NCBI GenBank assembly: GCA_002633005.1
Contig: NMRA01000450.1
Coordinates: 1-64,000, forward strand
DNA: 64,000 nt
DNA from: Phoronis australis
Taxonomy: Eukaryota > Animalia > Phoronida
Direction of reading: 5' to 3'
Below, in pieces: positions 1 through 12,200 of this stretch; within the stretch, counting starts at the first letter, position 1, and the number at the start of each line of letters is the position of its first letter. The notes under the pieces were generated by a model, which searched no databases, had not been told where the DNA came from, and was given only the letters and a program-made list of their open reading frames with translations. The position numbers and the translations under genes were made by a program.

Positions 1-727
1 TGGTTTCAATTCAATTAGGGGTTATCTCTCAATTTCAATGAACGCTGGATACTGATACAATCAACACCAGGACATTTTAGACAACACTCTAGATTGACAG
101 GCTCAATTAGCAATTTTTGTGCTTTCCCAATTACAGAGTGCTAGGAAAAAAAATTGTTTTTACCTTTTGGCACAATGTGGCTAAGAGATAATTACATACA
201 GTAGATTTCAAACATGCCACTTCGTTTTACATGGAGATCCTGGTTACAGGCATGTAGAAATACCTAGGACCAGCTTCTGGAGACTACGGCACAAGGATGT
301 CTAACAGTCAGAGCTCTGGGTGGATGTACCTCCCAATGTACATCAGTCACAGAATTATTATTATTATTATTTCATCAGTGTGACCAAATAAACACCACCA
401 AACTACGAAGCATTTCAGAAAGAGGACACTTCTTTGTAAGCATGAAAAGAAACTAAAAATGTTTTCTATGACTGCCAACACCTAATCCATGAACTTGCAC
501 AAACCAATGGCAACTGGTCCCATGGCAGCAACGACAACTGCTGACACCTGGCAATGCGGGAAGGTATTTCTACCTCACAATGGTTGGCATTAAGGAGCAG
601 TTATGACACTAAGGAAACAGTAATGGTGAACACAGGACAAGTACCCTAAGTCATTGGTCTCATGTGCAATGTCGCCATTGGTTCATGACAATTCCCGTTA
701 GGCTCGGTATTTGCCTTGTTCACTGAC

Positions 728-840
728 CCTGAGGAAGTGGAAGAAGACATTTGTTGATATCGCAGTGTCTTCCTTCGAAGTACTTCAAAGGCAGCGCGTA
801 TACCCACGCGTCTGCGGAAAAGACTGGATTGAATCGAGTC
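728..840 (-). CDS. TPCN2: Two-pore channel 2 internal exon (linker after domain I S6)
   Basis: Acceptor tttgtttcAG, then DSIQSSLFRRRVGIRAAFEVLRRK. This matches the TPC2 motif [20 protein letters not shown]. Probable donor GTCAGT at 727. Joins in phase 0 to exon 1747-1811. Confidence 0.85.
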
Positions 841-1076
841 CTGAAACAAAATGCAAAATTAAACAACTTACACGTGGGTTAATGAATAACAAGACAAAGA
901 AAAAGGAGAATAAAATATGGAAGAATGAATTAGTTTTGTTGTAAAGCAAAACAGCAGCATTGAAAAAGAAAATTCAAAAAAATGTTTGGAACTAAAATAA
1001 ATTGTGAGCATTAAACTTTTTCCCCTGCAATTCCCCCACCCGTTCCCTCTGACTTACTCCCTCTCCCTCCCTCCCT

Positions 1077-1268
1077 NNNNNNNNNNNNNNNNNNNNNNNN
1101 NNNNNNNNNNNNNNNNNNNNNNNNNNNNNNNNNNNNNNNNNNNNNNNNNNNNNNNNNNNNNNNNNNNNNNNNNNNNNNNNNNNNNNNNNNNNNNNNNNNN
1201 NNNNNNNNNNNNNNNNNNNNNNNNNNNNNNNNNNNNNNNNNNNNNNNNNNNNNNNNNNNNNNNNNNNN
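1077..1268. other. Assembly gap (run of N)
   Basis: Seen directly; flanked by C/T-rich low-complexity sequence. Confidence 0.99.
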
Positions 1269-1746
1269 CCCCCCACACCTTCAGACAGAAACAAAAAAGA
1301 ACATAAAGCTTTACCCGAGCTCTAAGTAATTAGAATATTAATGTTTGAACAATTGGAGTAATGTAAAGTATATTTTGAGCAGGTTCACAAACATGCATGT
1401 CTAATATTAGATGAACTCAAATTAATAAAAAAGATTGCAAAATCTTCACATTAAAATGCTGGCCGTAAAGCAAATCTTAGCAAAATTATGAAAATTAACG
1501 GTTGTCACATTACTTTTATCTAAACTGACATGCTTGAATCTTTAGACTGAATAAGCAAGTTTTATTTGTGAGCGTTGATGGTTTTCAGCAGGGCAAAGAC
1601 GTAACTCAACATCATTAAAAAGAGAACAACATAACGAAACACACAATGTGAGCATTTTAATTGATTAGTAGAATACTGATATTGAAGGATACACTTTGAC
1701 CAAACTAATGTCAAGTATGAAGTGGAAATTGGAGACAATAACATAC

Positions 1747-1811
1747 CTGGAAGTAACCTCTGAACTGGTTAAATATCACAGCTGTTAGCATGTTCATGAA
1801 ACAATATAGAC
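1747..1811 (-). CDS. TPCN2: Two-pore channel 2 internal exon (end of domain I S6)
   Basis: ttttgcAG...GTATGT boundaries. Encodes (G)LYCFMNMLTAVIFNQFRGYFQ, compared with TPC2 MNLLTAIIYSQFRGY. Phase 1 to phase 0. Confidence 0.9.
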
Positions 1812-2793
1812 CTGCAAAATAAATTTTACCATTTCAGCGACCAGCAAATTTTTATTATAATAACAGCATTTATCCCACAATTTGAGAACCAGTTTTTATT
1901 CACTGAGTAATAGACAGCAAACTGGTTCTCAAAATCTGGGACCACTATTGCCACAGTATTTGTTCAGAAAAATATGCATAATTGTGGAGTTGCAATACTG
2001 CAAAATCACTCAAGGCCATAAAGCATAGTTGGTTTTAGCCTCTGTTTCAATGAAAATCGAGGCAGTGGTGCAGTATTTTTAGTTCCTCACTTTTTCAAAA
2101 AAGAAAATCCACCAAAGACAAACAAAACAAATAGCGCGAGTTGTTTCGGTAATACGACTATTACCCTGGAACACCCCTTTTAACAAAAAACGAGATGTGA
2201 AATAATGCAATTTAGCATTTCATGTTTCCTACAACTATACAGTGATGGCAATAGAGCTCACAACAGTTATTTTTGGCTAAATAAACTGCTTCATATTTAT
2301 TTTAAATTCACTTTGACATTGACCCACTGAATCAGAGCTCAAATAACTTTGTGTGCTTCCCGAAATCATAACTAGTTTGACTGTAATATTGAGACGTATA
2401 CAATTTTCAGTGGAAAATATTGTTTCATTATGATTTTGTTTGTCAGAAACCTAAAAGTTCTGAAATAAAGTGAGTTGACAATTCACATTACGAAGGTCTG
2501 TCCCAACCCCAAAGGCATTACTTAAAACATCACCAGCTCAAGATACAAAGAGACAACCATGGATGTTTTATTTCATTATTTTAATAAAGGATAACTGGCG
2601 GCAAATAAATGCTTCCTCATATTGAAGTTGTACAACCAGACGTTTTGAGAAACTGTGGCCACCTGAAATGGTGAGTTTGTACTGTATCAAAGTTGTTTCA
2701 CCTTAAGTTGAAGTTGCACTGAGATGACCTCTGAAAGCACATCGTGCAATCTCACTTTAACATGTGGAATCACGTCAACATCCACAAACTCAC

Positions 2794-2859
2794 CGATCAA
2801 GAGGAAGACAATAAAGTAGATTGCATACATCCGGTTCACCCTGTAGGCTGGCATGGTAA
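2794..2859 (-). CDS. TPCN2: Two-pore channel 2 internal exon (after the selectivity filter, start of IS6)
   Basis: tttactttcAG...GTGAGT boundaries. Encodes (V)TMPAYRVNRMYAIYFIVFLLIG, compared with TPC2 VMIPAYSKNRAYAIFFIVF. 66 bp, phase 1-1. Confidence 0.9.
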
Positions 2860-3939
2860 CTGAAAGTAAATTCAAAAACTTACACGAGAGGTTTCAATTG
2901 TGAAATTTCAGAAATTTCAGTGAACATATTCAGACTACTCCTAACTCAAATCAAAATTAAGGATATTTCCAACCTTATTCACAAAAATTGGCCATTTTTA
3001 CAAAATTTCACTTGTGTCTAGCAAAATACCTTATCTTCATTCTTGGGGAACTTCAAATACGAAATAAATACTGCGTAGCGAGAAAAAAAAGATTTAGCAG
3101 AACCACCTTGGAACCGCACAACCGCGTGGATATTTGTTTAGCACTTATCCAAGGTCAAAGGTTAAAGGGCTTTCAAGTAAATCGAGTCTCCCGCCAGGTA
3201 CAGAACAGCTTTGATATACCCTTTCATTCCGTCATTCAGTCCTTTCTTACACAAATTCGCCATAACATTGAACCAACGAGGTGTGGTTATGATAGAATGA
3301 TCCCGGGGAAAACGAATACAAAACATAGTTTTTATCCTAAGGGAGTTGTGGGTCTACATGCATACCACCGTTGACGTTGAAAACAAATGCTACGAGTTGC
3401 CTCAGGCCTCAGTCTGGTCATGAACACAGAAAGTTGTGAAAAGAGATAAATCCTCCCCCTTATTCCTTAATTCAGTTATTAAGTTAACATTTCGATGTTT
3501 CGATTTCATGTTAACGACTTACTTTAACCAATTCAATTTTTGTTATCCATTTCTTACTTGGTTTGGTATCAGTCTCCCAGCATGTGACGTGTACAGGCTA
3601 TGAACTGTGACCTACTTTTCTAAGTAGGTCGTACAAAACGGCAAAAGTTGGCTGCGAAAGACAGGTCTATTTGAGGTTTTAATCATATTTAGTTACGCAC
3701 TGCAAAATTAGTTGACATTGCAAGAAAACATTGAAATAGGTGACATAGTTAAGGATTCTATAGGTTATGTATACCGAAAACAAGTTTTCACAGAATAATT
3801 AACCAAAGACTTAGAGATTTTCACGTGTCCCAGTTTAATCAGCTTTTTCTCGGCTTCGGCAAATCGACTTTATTTGAACTTAGGAACACGAGTTCTCGAA
3901 AATGGCTCGATGGATTTCGCTGAAACTTTCCAAACTTAA

Positions 3940-6900
3940 GAGCATGTTCGCGAATGGACCAGGCAGAGGGTGATAAACGCTATGTCACAGATTCTCTTTA
4001 TATTTTCTCTGTGATATGACACTGGCCTCACTGACTCCAGACCACCTTTATTTTTTTCAAAACGCCCCCTTTTGGTTTCCATGGATACTATTTGTTTCCG
4101 ACAAGTTTTCAGCCTGGCGGCAGTTAAGTTTTGGTAAAATTCCGACAGTTACGTTACCCAGTGGAAGTAACGTTGAAATATTGAACCTGTGTTATTGATC
4201 AGGTGTGACCTTCGACTACTTTATTCCTGAAAATATAAAAGATTTCGATAATTTTTGTCTGTTTTTAGAGCCGCATAAGATGAGTACTTTTAGTGATTTT
4301 TGAAACTGTCAAAATTGGCTAAATTCGTATCCCGATATCTCAGCTGGCACAGGTTTCAGAACATTTTAGTGCCAACCCGTGTGTTGAGCTATTTTAGGTC
4401 TACAAAATAAGACAAAAAAATTTCCTGGCGCGAACGGATTTCATGTCATTTGAAGTAAAAAATGACTGGTGGTTACGCCATTTCACCACAATGAGTAATG
4501 CCGACAAACGTCAACAAAAGTGAACATTTGTTAATAGTTGGCCAGCAAACGGCGAATCAATTTATCATTCATCAAATTTCGTATTTTCTAGGCACCGATG
4601 GTACACTACCTTATTTCTAAAAAGTGCTCGTAGTCATGGAATTAGGATACTTACTACGCAAATAGCAGTAGTTTTGGCAGGACACCTTTTGCGAGAGTCG
4701 ACATTCAAATCTCACTGGTTTTACAAAGCTCAGTAACCTTATTTGCACGGCTAAAAACAAAAAAAAAACGCCGACAAATCATTTTTATAACATTTTCCTT
4801 CAAAAATCGTGTTGCCCTCTCCCCACTTGCGACGTTCCAAATCTTACAGTGTTGTATGAACAAGATAATTTATTTATGGTTTTATTTTTGATTGTCCTGT
4901 TTTAAAGATGCTTACTGTGGGTTAGCTGTGGAGTGTGTCTGAAGAAACATTTCTTTAAGAATCTTCATGTGGTTTTGATGCAGGGCGTTGAAAGCGGAGG
5001 ACAGTGTCAAGGTGAAAGATTCATTGGCAATTACAGGCAAGGCAAATGCAAAACAACTGGTCAGAGTCATTCCGTGGACGTTATATAGCCGCCAATGTCA
5101 CAATAACTTCACTTTTGAAGTGGTATGGCTGGCTAATGTTATCATTTTGTTATCTGCGCGCATTTTGCTGTGATTGACCCAAGAGAAAAATGGGAGACTT
5201 TCGAGTAGCAATGGGGGCTGACAACATGGAACCAGCTACTAGTGAGAAGATATTTCACCTGAGCAGTGGGAGGCACAGAGGAACGTATTTGAATAAGTGT
5301 GAGAAGTCTAAAGAGTGAATTCATATTACTTCCCAGTCCTCCACAGGGCAAACGTACATATATCCTGTTCAAGGTGATCAGCTGTTACTTGACTATATAA
5401 ATGCCTCATGTTGGAAGCATGATCCACTGCAGAGGTCATGTGAAAGAAGTGAGGATGATAAAGGCTGCTTTCAGTATAAAGTCTATAAGTACACGACAAG
5501 TATTGTATTGTAGCTCATGTTTTTCCATGACTTCTCAGCACACAAACAACATACAACAGTTCAAAATATAACTTCACGCACATTGGGTTCTTACTGCTAA
5601 GTCTTCGAGGTGCTTTAATAGCAAGACTACCAACTTTCTAAGGCAAAATCGCATCAGAGATATCTAATTGTGGCAACTGATCTAAGTGCTAATGGACTGG
5701 CTCAAATAGGAGACTCTTATGTTAGTTGTTCAAAATACAAGTGACCTCGCTTACATGTACCTCCTCATCCCATACGGTACACGTAACTCCCCAGTCTGAA
5801 AATACAATTTTGGACCACTTTAAAGTAAAAAGTGACATTTAATGCTACTAGAATCTGGTTTAACACTCATTGCCTGGTTAATTTATACAAACTACCATGG
5901 AAAACGTGAGATGTCTAAACGTGTTAAAAGATCTAAATAACAGTGAATTGGCTCAAACATGACACTCCTGATTTTAACAATTCAGAATACAGGTGACCTC
6001 GGCACCTCCTTTAACTCATCATCACATACAAATAACTCTCATTTTGCAAAAACAATATTGGAACAGATTAAAGTCAAANTCCCTTAACTCATCATCACAT
6101 ACCGTACAAATAACTCTCAATCTGCAAAAACAATGTTGGAACAGATTAAAGTCAAAATGATATTTAATGTGACTGTAATCTGGTTTAACACTGGTCACCA
6201 ACTTAAGTGGTACAAAGTAGCATGGAAAAACGAGATATGTAAATGTGTTCTTTGATCTAAATGCCAGTCAATTGGTTCAAGTATGCCTAAGTCACTACCT
6301 TTCCGTAAGCTTGTACATATGTTAACACTCAGATAAGGCTTCGCATTTTAGTTAAGTGAGACTGAGCGTAATATGAATTTGAAAGATGAAAACTGAAATA
6401 CCAGCATCTTTAAATTAATTGGACAGCAAAGTTTCAACCAGAACACTGACTAAACATCCTAAATTTTACTGACAAAATCACAGCAAGTGTTGCTATATTG
6501 CATTTTGCATTTATCTCAGTTTCTACAATATCACATCGATAACAACTGGTTAAATCACTCAGACAACCCAACAGATTGTATAATGTTCGAACAAAGATGA
6601 AATCCGGAGTATTACTGGACATCACTGACTGTCAAGTTCATTATCTCCCTCATTTGACCATTTTCCAGCGCGGTTCAAGGCAGCCAAGCGTGAAAAGAAA
6701 CCTTTATCCTGTTGTAGTGTCAGCCAGCCTTCCTCCCGAAACTGCTCATCCGTCTTCATCGCCTGTGGAGTTTTTGCGGGGTCTGCTTTGTTGCTCTACT
6801 TTCTGAAAAATGACAGGCAGGTTGTAACACTCTCGAATTATACACTTTTTGCAAAACTTTGCAGAGCCCAGCCACTACACAGGTGTGACTGCCGCTGAGT

Positions 6901-8981
6901 GATCCAATGATTTTAGCTGAGATAATTCATTTGACCCATGGAGTGTAATGTGTAAAATGACCATAAGTACAACAAGAAAAAACACTGTGGGTACTTGATT
7001 CATTTTTGCCAGTTTGATTGGATTCCTTTGGACATCAAATGAATATCATATCCAGACAACAAATGTCAACATAGTGGTACTCATAAAACATAACGACACG
7101 CTATGATTTCCAGAATTACATAATTCACTGACAGCTGAAGTGAAACTAAATTCCGGCATGCAGGTTGTCAGTTAAAATTGGAATTTATAATGCTATAACT
7201 ACAGCATTCATCAATATATCTATAGAAAAAATACTTCCTGTAATGAACTAAAAAGAAGACGCATAACAACAATATCGATTGTTGAAAAGTTAAAGTCAAT
7301 GAGATATTGCATATTCCGCTTGCAACAAGTACAGGCCACTAGATGCACATAATCTCAGACTAAATTTACAACTAACACAAGACGCTACTAGTAAGTGGAC
7401 TGAATAGCTCTAGGCTAGCCTAGACTCCAACAACGGCGACAGGGCAGGTATATCACTGATTTGCCCTTAGGAACACAAGACTGTTAATCAGTTGTTTACA
7501 GTGATGCAGGCATAGGACTGCTAAATTTCACCAGTGTGTACAATAAAAAGCTCTGTCTATACTACATGTTCAAAAACAAGTACTGTTGTTACATTTTTGT
7601 GGTACATGCATGGTCACACAGTTTGTGATATTCCTGAAAGGAGGACCAGTAACTTGCATTGCAGGGTACTGTATTAGAATAACATCTGTTGTTTCTAGCG
7701 GTGCTAACTGGTTCTCGAATCATGTATCCACAAAACTGACTATTACAGCCACAATGCTATCGTGATAACCTCAAATTCAAACAAAGCAGTAGTAGTACTC
7801 ACCAGATCCAACAGGAAAGAACACAAATGCATTGACATTGTTGAGTTCCTGTGAAAGTAAGTTGACTTTAGACATTTCAACCAGCATCCCCACTTCAGGC
7901 TTGGCACGTGAGCTACCACTAATGAAATGGGTGTTTGCAGAGTCTACATGGTTTCCACAGAATTCCAAGATGAGCCCGGTGTCTTGCCCTTGCCTTGGAC
8001 GCAGTTACACAGGCGTGACACGGGTCCGGTGAACACGCATTTGTAAATTGTCCGACTCTCGCCAAAATCAGTTGCCGCACAGTCTGTAGGCGCATTGGTT
8101 TGGTACTCACTTCATGCCGCATCAAGATTTCACATATGTGCAGAGGACATTCTTTTGAGGTTCCATACACTTCATCACACTCCATCATACTAGCAGATAA
8201 CACAGCAAGTCAGGATCAACCATTTTGACACCACTAAAGTGACACCTGTTGTTGGACACTGGGTTCACGAAAAACACGGAATTTTAATTAAAAAGGAAAA
8301 ATACCTTAAACAATTGCGCCTGACTTAATGACACTTAACTAAATATTAATAAATCAACTTTTGAACCAAAACTATGCACTTTACTGGTGTTCTAATGTTC
8401 CAAACAGGTATCGGCATTGACGCTAATTTCACTCAGGTGGTTGTCGCAATCTTGCAATTTGTATAGAAAAATGCTCAGCGCCAGAAAATTTTATTGTATT
8501 AATCAACAGCAATAAGATAGAAACGTCTTGTGTAAAAGTCTGGTGTTGATCAGTGTTGTGCCAGCTGAGATATACGGGCTCAAAGTGTGGCGAAATTGCA
8601 ATGCCTTGTTAACCTCTGACCCCTCTATACTTTATGCCTGGAATTTTTAACTTAGCGGCAGAGTTAATAAGTATTGTTTGACATCTTTGTAAAGCCGAAG
8701 ACTTGATTTATTTAAAAATTACAAACAAATAATGATCTCGTGCGCAGATATTTTTTATTTTGCAGTGCAAATAAGGCATTTTCGGCGAGTTCATTGCATG
8801 GCATACCCCCAAAATAGAGGCTCCCTGATTTCTCCCCCTTAAACAAGGTAAAATGAGATTGGACTTTACTGTTTTTTTATCATCCCAAAGGTAACTAAAA
8901 TGCATAGTATGGTTCAAATCGGTGACATTGGGTTTATCACCCCTCTGGGCATTTTTGCCTGCTGTGAACCGTACTTCACTC
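3940..8981 (-). mobile_element. Sola3-like DNA transposon, decayed and possibly chimeric across the join at 6079
   Basis: TTAA|GAG at 3936-3942 and CTC|TTAA at 8979-8985. Long, diverged inverted repeats: cagagggtgataaac..atgtcac near both ends, and atatctcagctggcaca at about 4336 versus its complement at about 8557. A decayed minus-strand ORF at about 8240-7600 reads QLILARVG..C..HLGILWKPCRLCKHPFH..FPVGSG then GI(C)TNC. From memory this resembles Sola3-type transposase N-termini. Confidence 0.6.
5690..6290. repeat. Diverged ~250-bp tandem repeat, with a near-exact ~75-bp duplication across the single N at 6079
   Basis: Repeated blocks gtgacctcg..aatctggtttaacact..catggaaaa..gatctaaat, plus ttaactcatcatcacatac..ttggaacagattaaagtcaaa on both sides of the N. 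Confidence 0.75.
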
Positions 8982-9092
8982 TTAAGATTTATTAATAAAA
9001 TTCTTTTTGAGACACAGGGTCATGATGGGAACTCGATTGCTTTTCTTCACCAAGATATTTCTGACATTGGATATAACTCTTCAACTTTTCAG

Positions 9093-9215
9093 GTTTCAAT
9101 TCTCATTCTGACGAGTATTGTAACCGAGTAGCAGCCCTTGGGAGATGTGATGGTTCGAGATATGAAAAGATGGAGTGCGCAAAGAGTTGTCGTTATTGTG
9201 ATAAAAGGATAAAAG
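9093..9215 (+). CDS. ShK domain exon (upstream paralog)
   Basis: cttttcAG|GT TTC...AAA G|GTGACG. Encodes FNSHSDEYCNRVAALGRCDGSRYEKMECAKSCRYCDKRIK. Same layout as exon 61262-61420. Confidence 0.75.
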
Positions 9216-12200
9216 GTGACGCTTTTATGTTGCCTTTTCTTTACTCTGGTCTAGAAATGTGTTTAACCTAATCTGGACTATTTCCCACGAAATAACCGAG
9301 TATCGGGGTTAACCAGGAAAACTTTTTCTTGATTTAAGGCTATCAATTTTACAATATATTACCTATGTTTAGCAACTCAAAGTACCTTATCTTCACTCCG
9401 TGTGGAAAGTTTTGTTTTTTACTCACCAGAGGTCAATTGTTACAAGGCTCTAATTCAAATCGAATCTCCCGCCATGCATAGAGCAGTTCCGTTTGTGACC
9501 CGCCTCAGTCCTTTCGTTCACCGAGTAGCCATAATATTGAATAAATAGGTATATGTTAGATAGAAAGATGCCATGGAAAGCGAAGACAAAACGTAGTTTT
9601 CACGCTGAGGGAGGTGTACATGTACGTCTGCATGCTTAATGACCGTTGAGAACTAACTCACCGAATCCGCGTCGCCGCACGAACTCTGAGGTGTGAAAAC
9701 AGATAAATTCACACCCAAATTCATTAGTATGATCAATTATTTCACATTTCGCTGTTTCAGTCTCATGCAAGTCGCGCTTAAATTGGAATTTGGCCTAATA
9801 ACCTAACTTTGTGATTGCGTGGTCAAATTAGTTACAGACACAACATGAAGCGACGGTGTGAAAATTACCAAATGGGTTTGAGACCGAGTTTTGTGTCGAA
9901 AGTATCCAACGTAAACCACTTAACCATGTCCAGTATCTACCGTAACGAGATTTATGGAATAACACTACATGACGCCGGCTATGTGAGCCCCCAAGTCACG
10001 ACATTTGTGCAAAGATCGCCTCATCGCTGGATGTAATTTACAAATGTAAAAATTTCCCCGCATTTCGAAATGCACATTTCAGTGTTCATGTGTAGTAGTA
10101 TTTCGTTATTATCGTAAAAACAACATCAACAATCAAAATTTATTGTTCCAGGCATTTCAAAAGTCATATTTAAACGAGGTTGTCCTCTTAAGCAAAATGA
10201 GCAAAATAGGTCAAACGAATAGCGAAACTAAGCTTTTGTTGATAGGCAACATATAAACTGGCAAAACACTATAAAAATCCCATGAAAATTTATATTAAAA
10301 CCACTAGGTTTCCAGCCTTAATGGGCGCCATTCTTCATAAGGTGTGAAGACAAGTCACACCAGAACTGTATTGAATAGGTTGCTATAAGTAAGTCTGCCT
10401 GCTAAGCTGACTTCTTTTCAAAACAGTTAGAGGGCGACAATATGGGTCGCCTTTTTACTGCACATATTGTCGCACTCGATGTTGACGATATATGTTGTCA
10501 GAATCGGCATATTATGTCGCGTGCGACAAAATGCTTTCAGCGTGATACTATTTTACACAATTACTTTTCCTATATACAGGTCAAGGTAAAAACAAATGAT
10601 CCCCACGACGTATGAATCTTTTATCAACAAAGCGTTTTTGCAGTCGTACACTTAACATTTGGAGAAGTAAGTGACTTGATGAAGAGTGTTTTCAAATTAT
10701 CATCCAAACGTATGAAACTAACTTCAGTGTTCATGATCTGTCAAGCGATATACACCTCATTTGACAAAATTAAACGCCATGCGAATGCAAACTAAAGTCG
10801 GCTGATGAACTCTTAATTAGTCCTACTTTTATTTGAAAGCTGTTATAGTTTCCACCACGAAAACAACTTTTAGTGGAGACAACTTACCGTTATGAAATTG
10901 GTTTCAAATTGTTGGCTAGTCAACTTAGATGCATAAACAACTGTATATTAAAGCGTCGAAAGAATATGACAACTGGCTCTACAAATTGGCATGTTACGGC
11001 GTATCATTTCATGCGTCGAGCATGATCTCGAGGGACAGGTAACTGTTTATTGTACCCCACGAACAACTTCTCACCTGAAGGAGGGACAAGTTGAGGCCAA
11101 TTCAATTGCTGTGTAAACCCACTTCTTTGACAGACCGCAGGTTTATAGCGTCTGCAACGGACTTCTTTCATATACCTGTTGTCTTTCAAAAACATGTGCA
11201 AGTGGAAAAACTAGTCGTTATTGAAAGCCGTGTGGTCGTAAGCGTTACGAACACATTGTCTCACAATTGTCAATTTGTCTTTAAGAAAGTGAAAATACTG
11301 AGTAATTCTCAATAACTTGGTCGTTCATCCCACACCAGTGGTTTTTAAATTGAACAGACTTCGATAGATGAGTGCCAGACTGTCAAACTTCGTTAAACGT
11401 CTTTTCAATTTTCTATGTTCGACGTATGTCCCAAAAATGATGGATGTGTCTCAAGCTCCGTTTCCAATAAGGTAAAAAGTAGACCGAATACAGGGAATTA
11501 AGTTTCATGTACTTTGAATGATGACGGTACATACATATGAATGTAAAATAAAGAATAAACATTGAATAATAATTTCTGGAAAGATGGGCAATAAAAAACA
11601 CAGAAAAGGGGGGTGGTAAAAAGGAAGGGAGATTAAACTCAAACGTTAGTGCTGCTAAAAGGAAGGAATGACAGGACACATACGATTACCGAGGACAAAG
11701 GTTAACCCGAAAACACGTGACAATCATCAGCCTATAGGAGCAATGATCTGACCGAACTCGTGGCCCATGACAGAAACGAACCAATAGTTGTCGTGTGCAA
11801 AAGGACCCCATGCAAATCTACACAAAGGATTTATGGAGCAGTCCGAAAGAAAGTAAAAGGCGTATAAGTGAGACGAGTCCATATTCTCACATAAATATAC
11901 TTAACGAGTGAAAAAGCATTTATGTTCGACGCAAGTCCCGAAATGATAAGTGCACCGCAAGCCCCGTTTCCAAAGATGAAAAGGATACCGAATTTAGGGA
12001 ATTGAAAGTCATTTATTATGAATGATAACAGTACAGAAATATAAGTGTAAAACAATAAATTCGCATGAAATAATAATCTCTGGAAAGATGGGCAACAAAA
12101 AGTGTTTTAAGACATTGGCAGTTCCGTCGGTTACTTTCTTCATCCTGTTCAAGGTGACTGTTGTATCACAATCTGTAGTAATGTGACAACAGCTGAAACT

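Noticed and set aside
646-727. ORF extension implying TPC2 terminates at 646
   Set aside because: TPC2 needs a second six-TM domain downstream. A GTCAGT donor at 727 explains the extension as intron read-through.
992-1306. ORFs of 74-100 aa spanning the N run
   Set aside because: Artifacts of translating through an assembly gap.
6745-6802. Exon-like purine-rich stretch on the minus strand (KVEQQSRPRKNSTGDEDG*) as a TPC2 exon
   Set aside because: No TPC similarity, stops in all three frames, and it lies inside the Sola3-like element.
11134-11237. Cys-rich exon-like stretch VYSVCNGLLSYTCCLSKTCASGKTSRY*KPCG with a GTAAGC donor; possible Sec or pseudo-exon
   Set aside because: The Cys frame has the wrong start phase and an internal TGA with no SECIS evidence. 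Exons 9215 and 12479 join cleanly without it.
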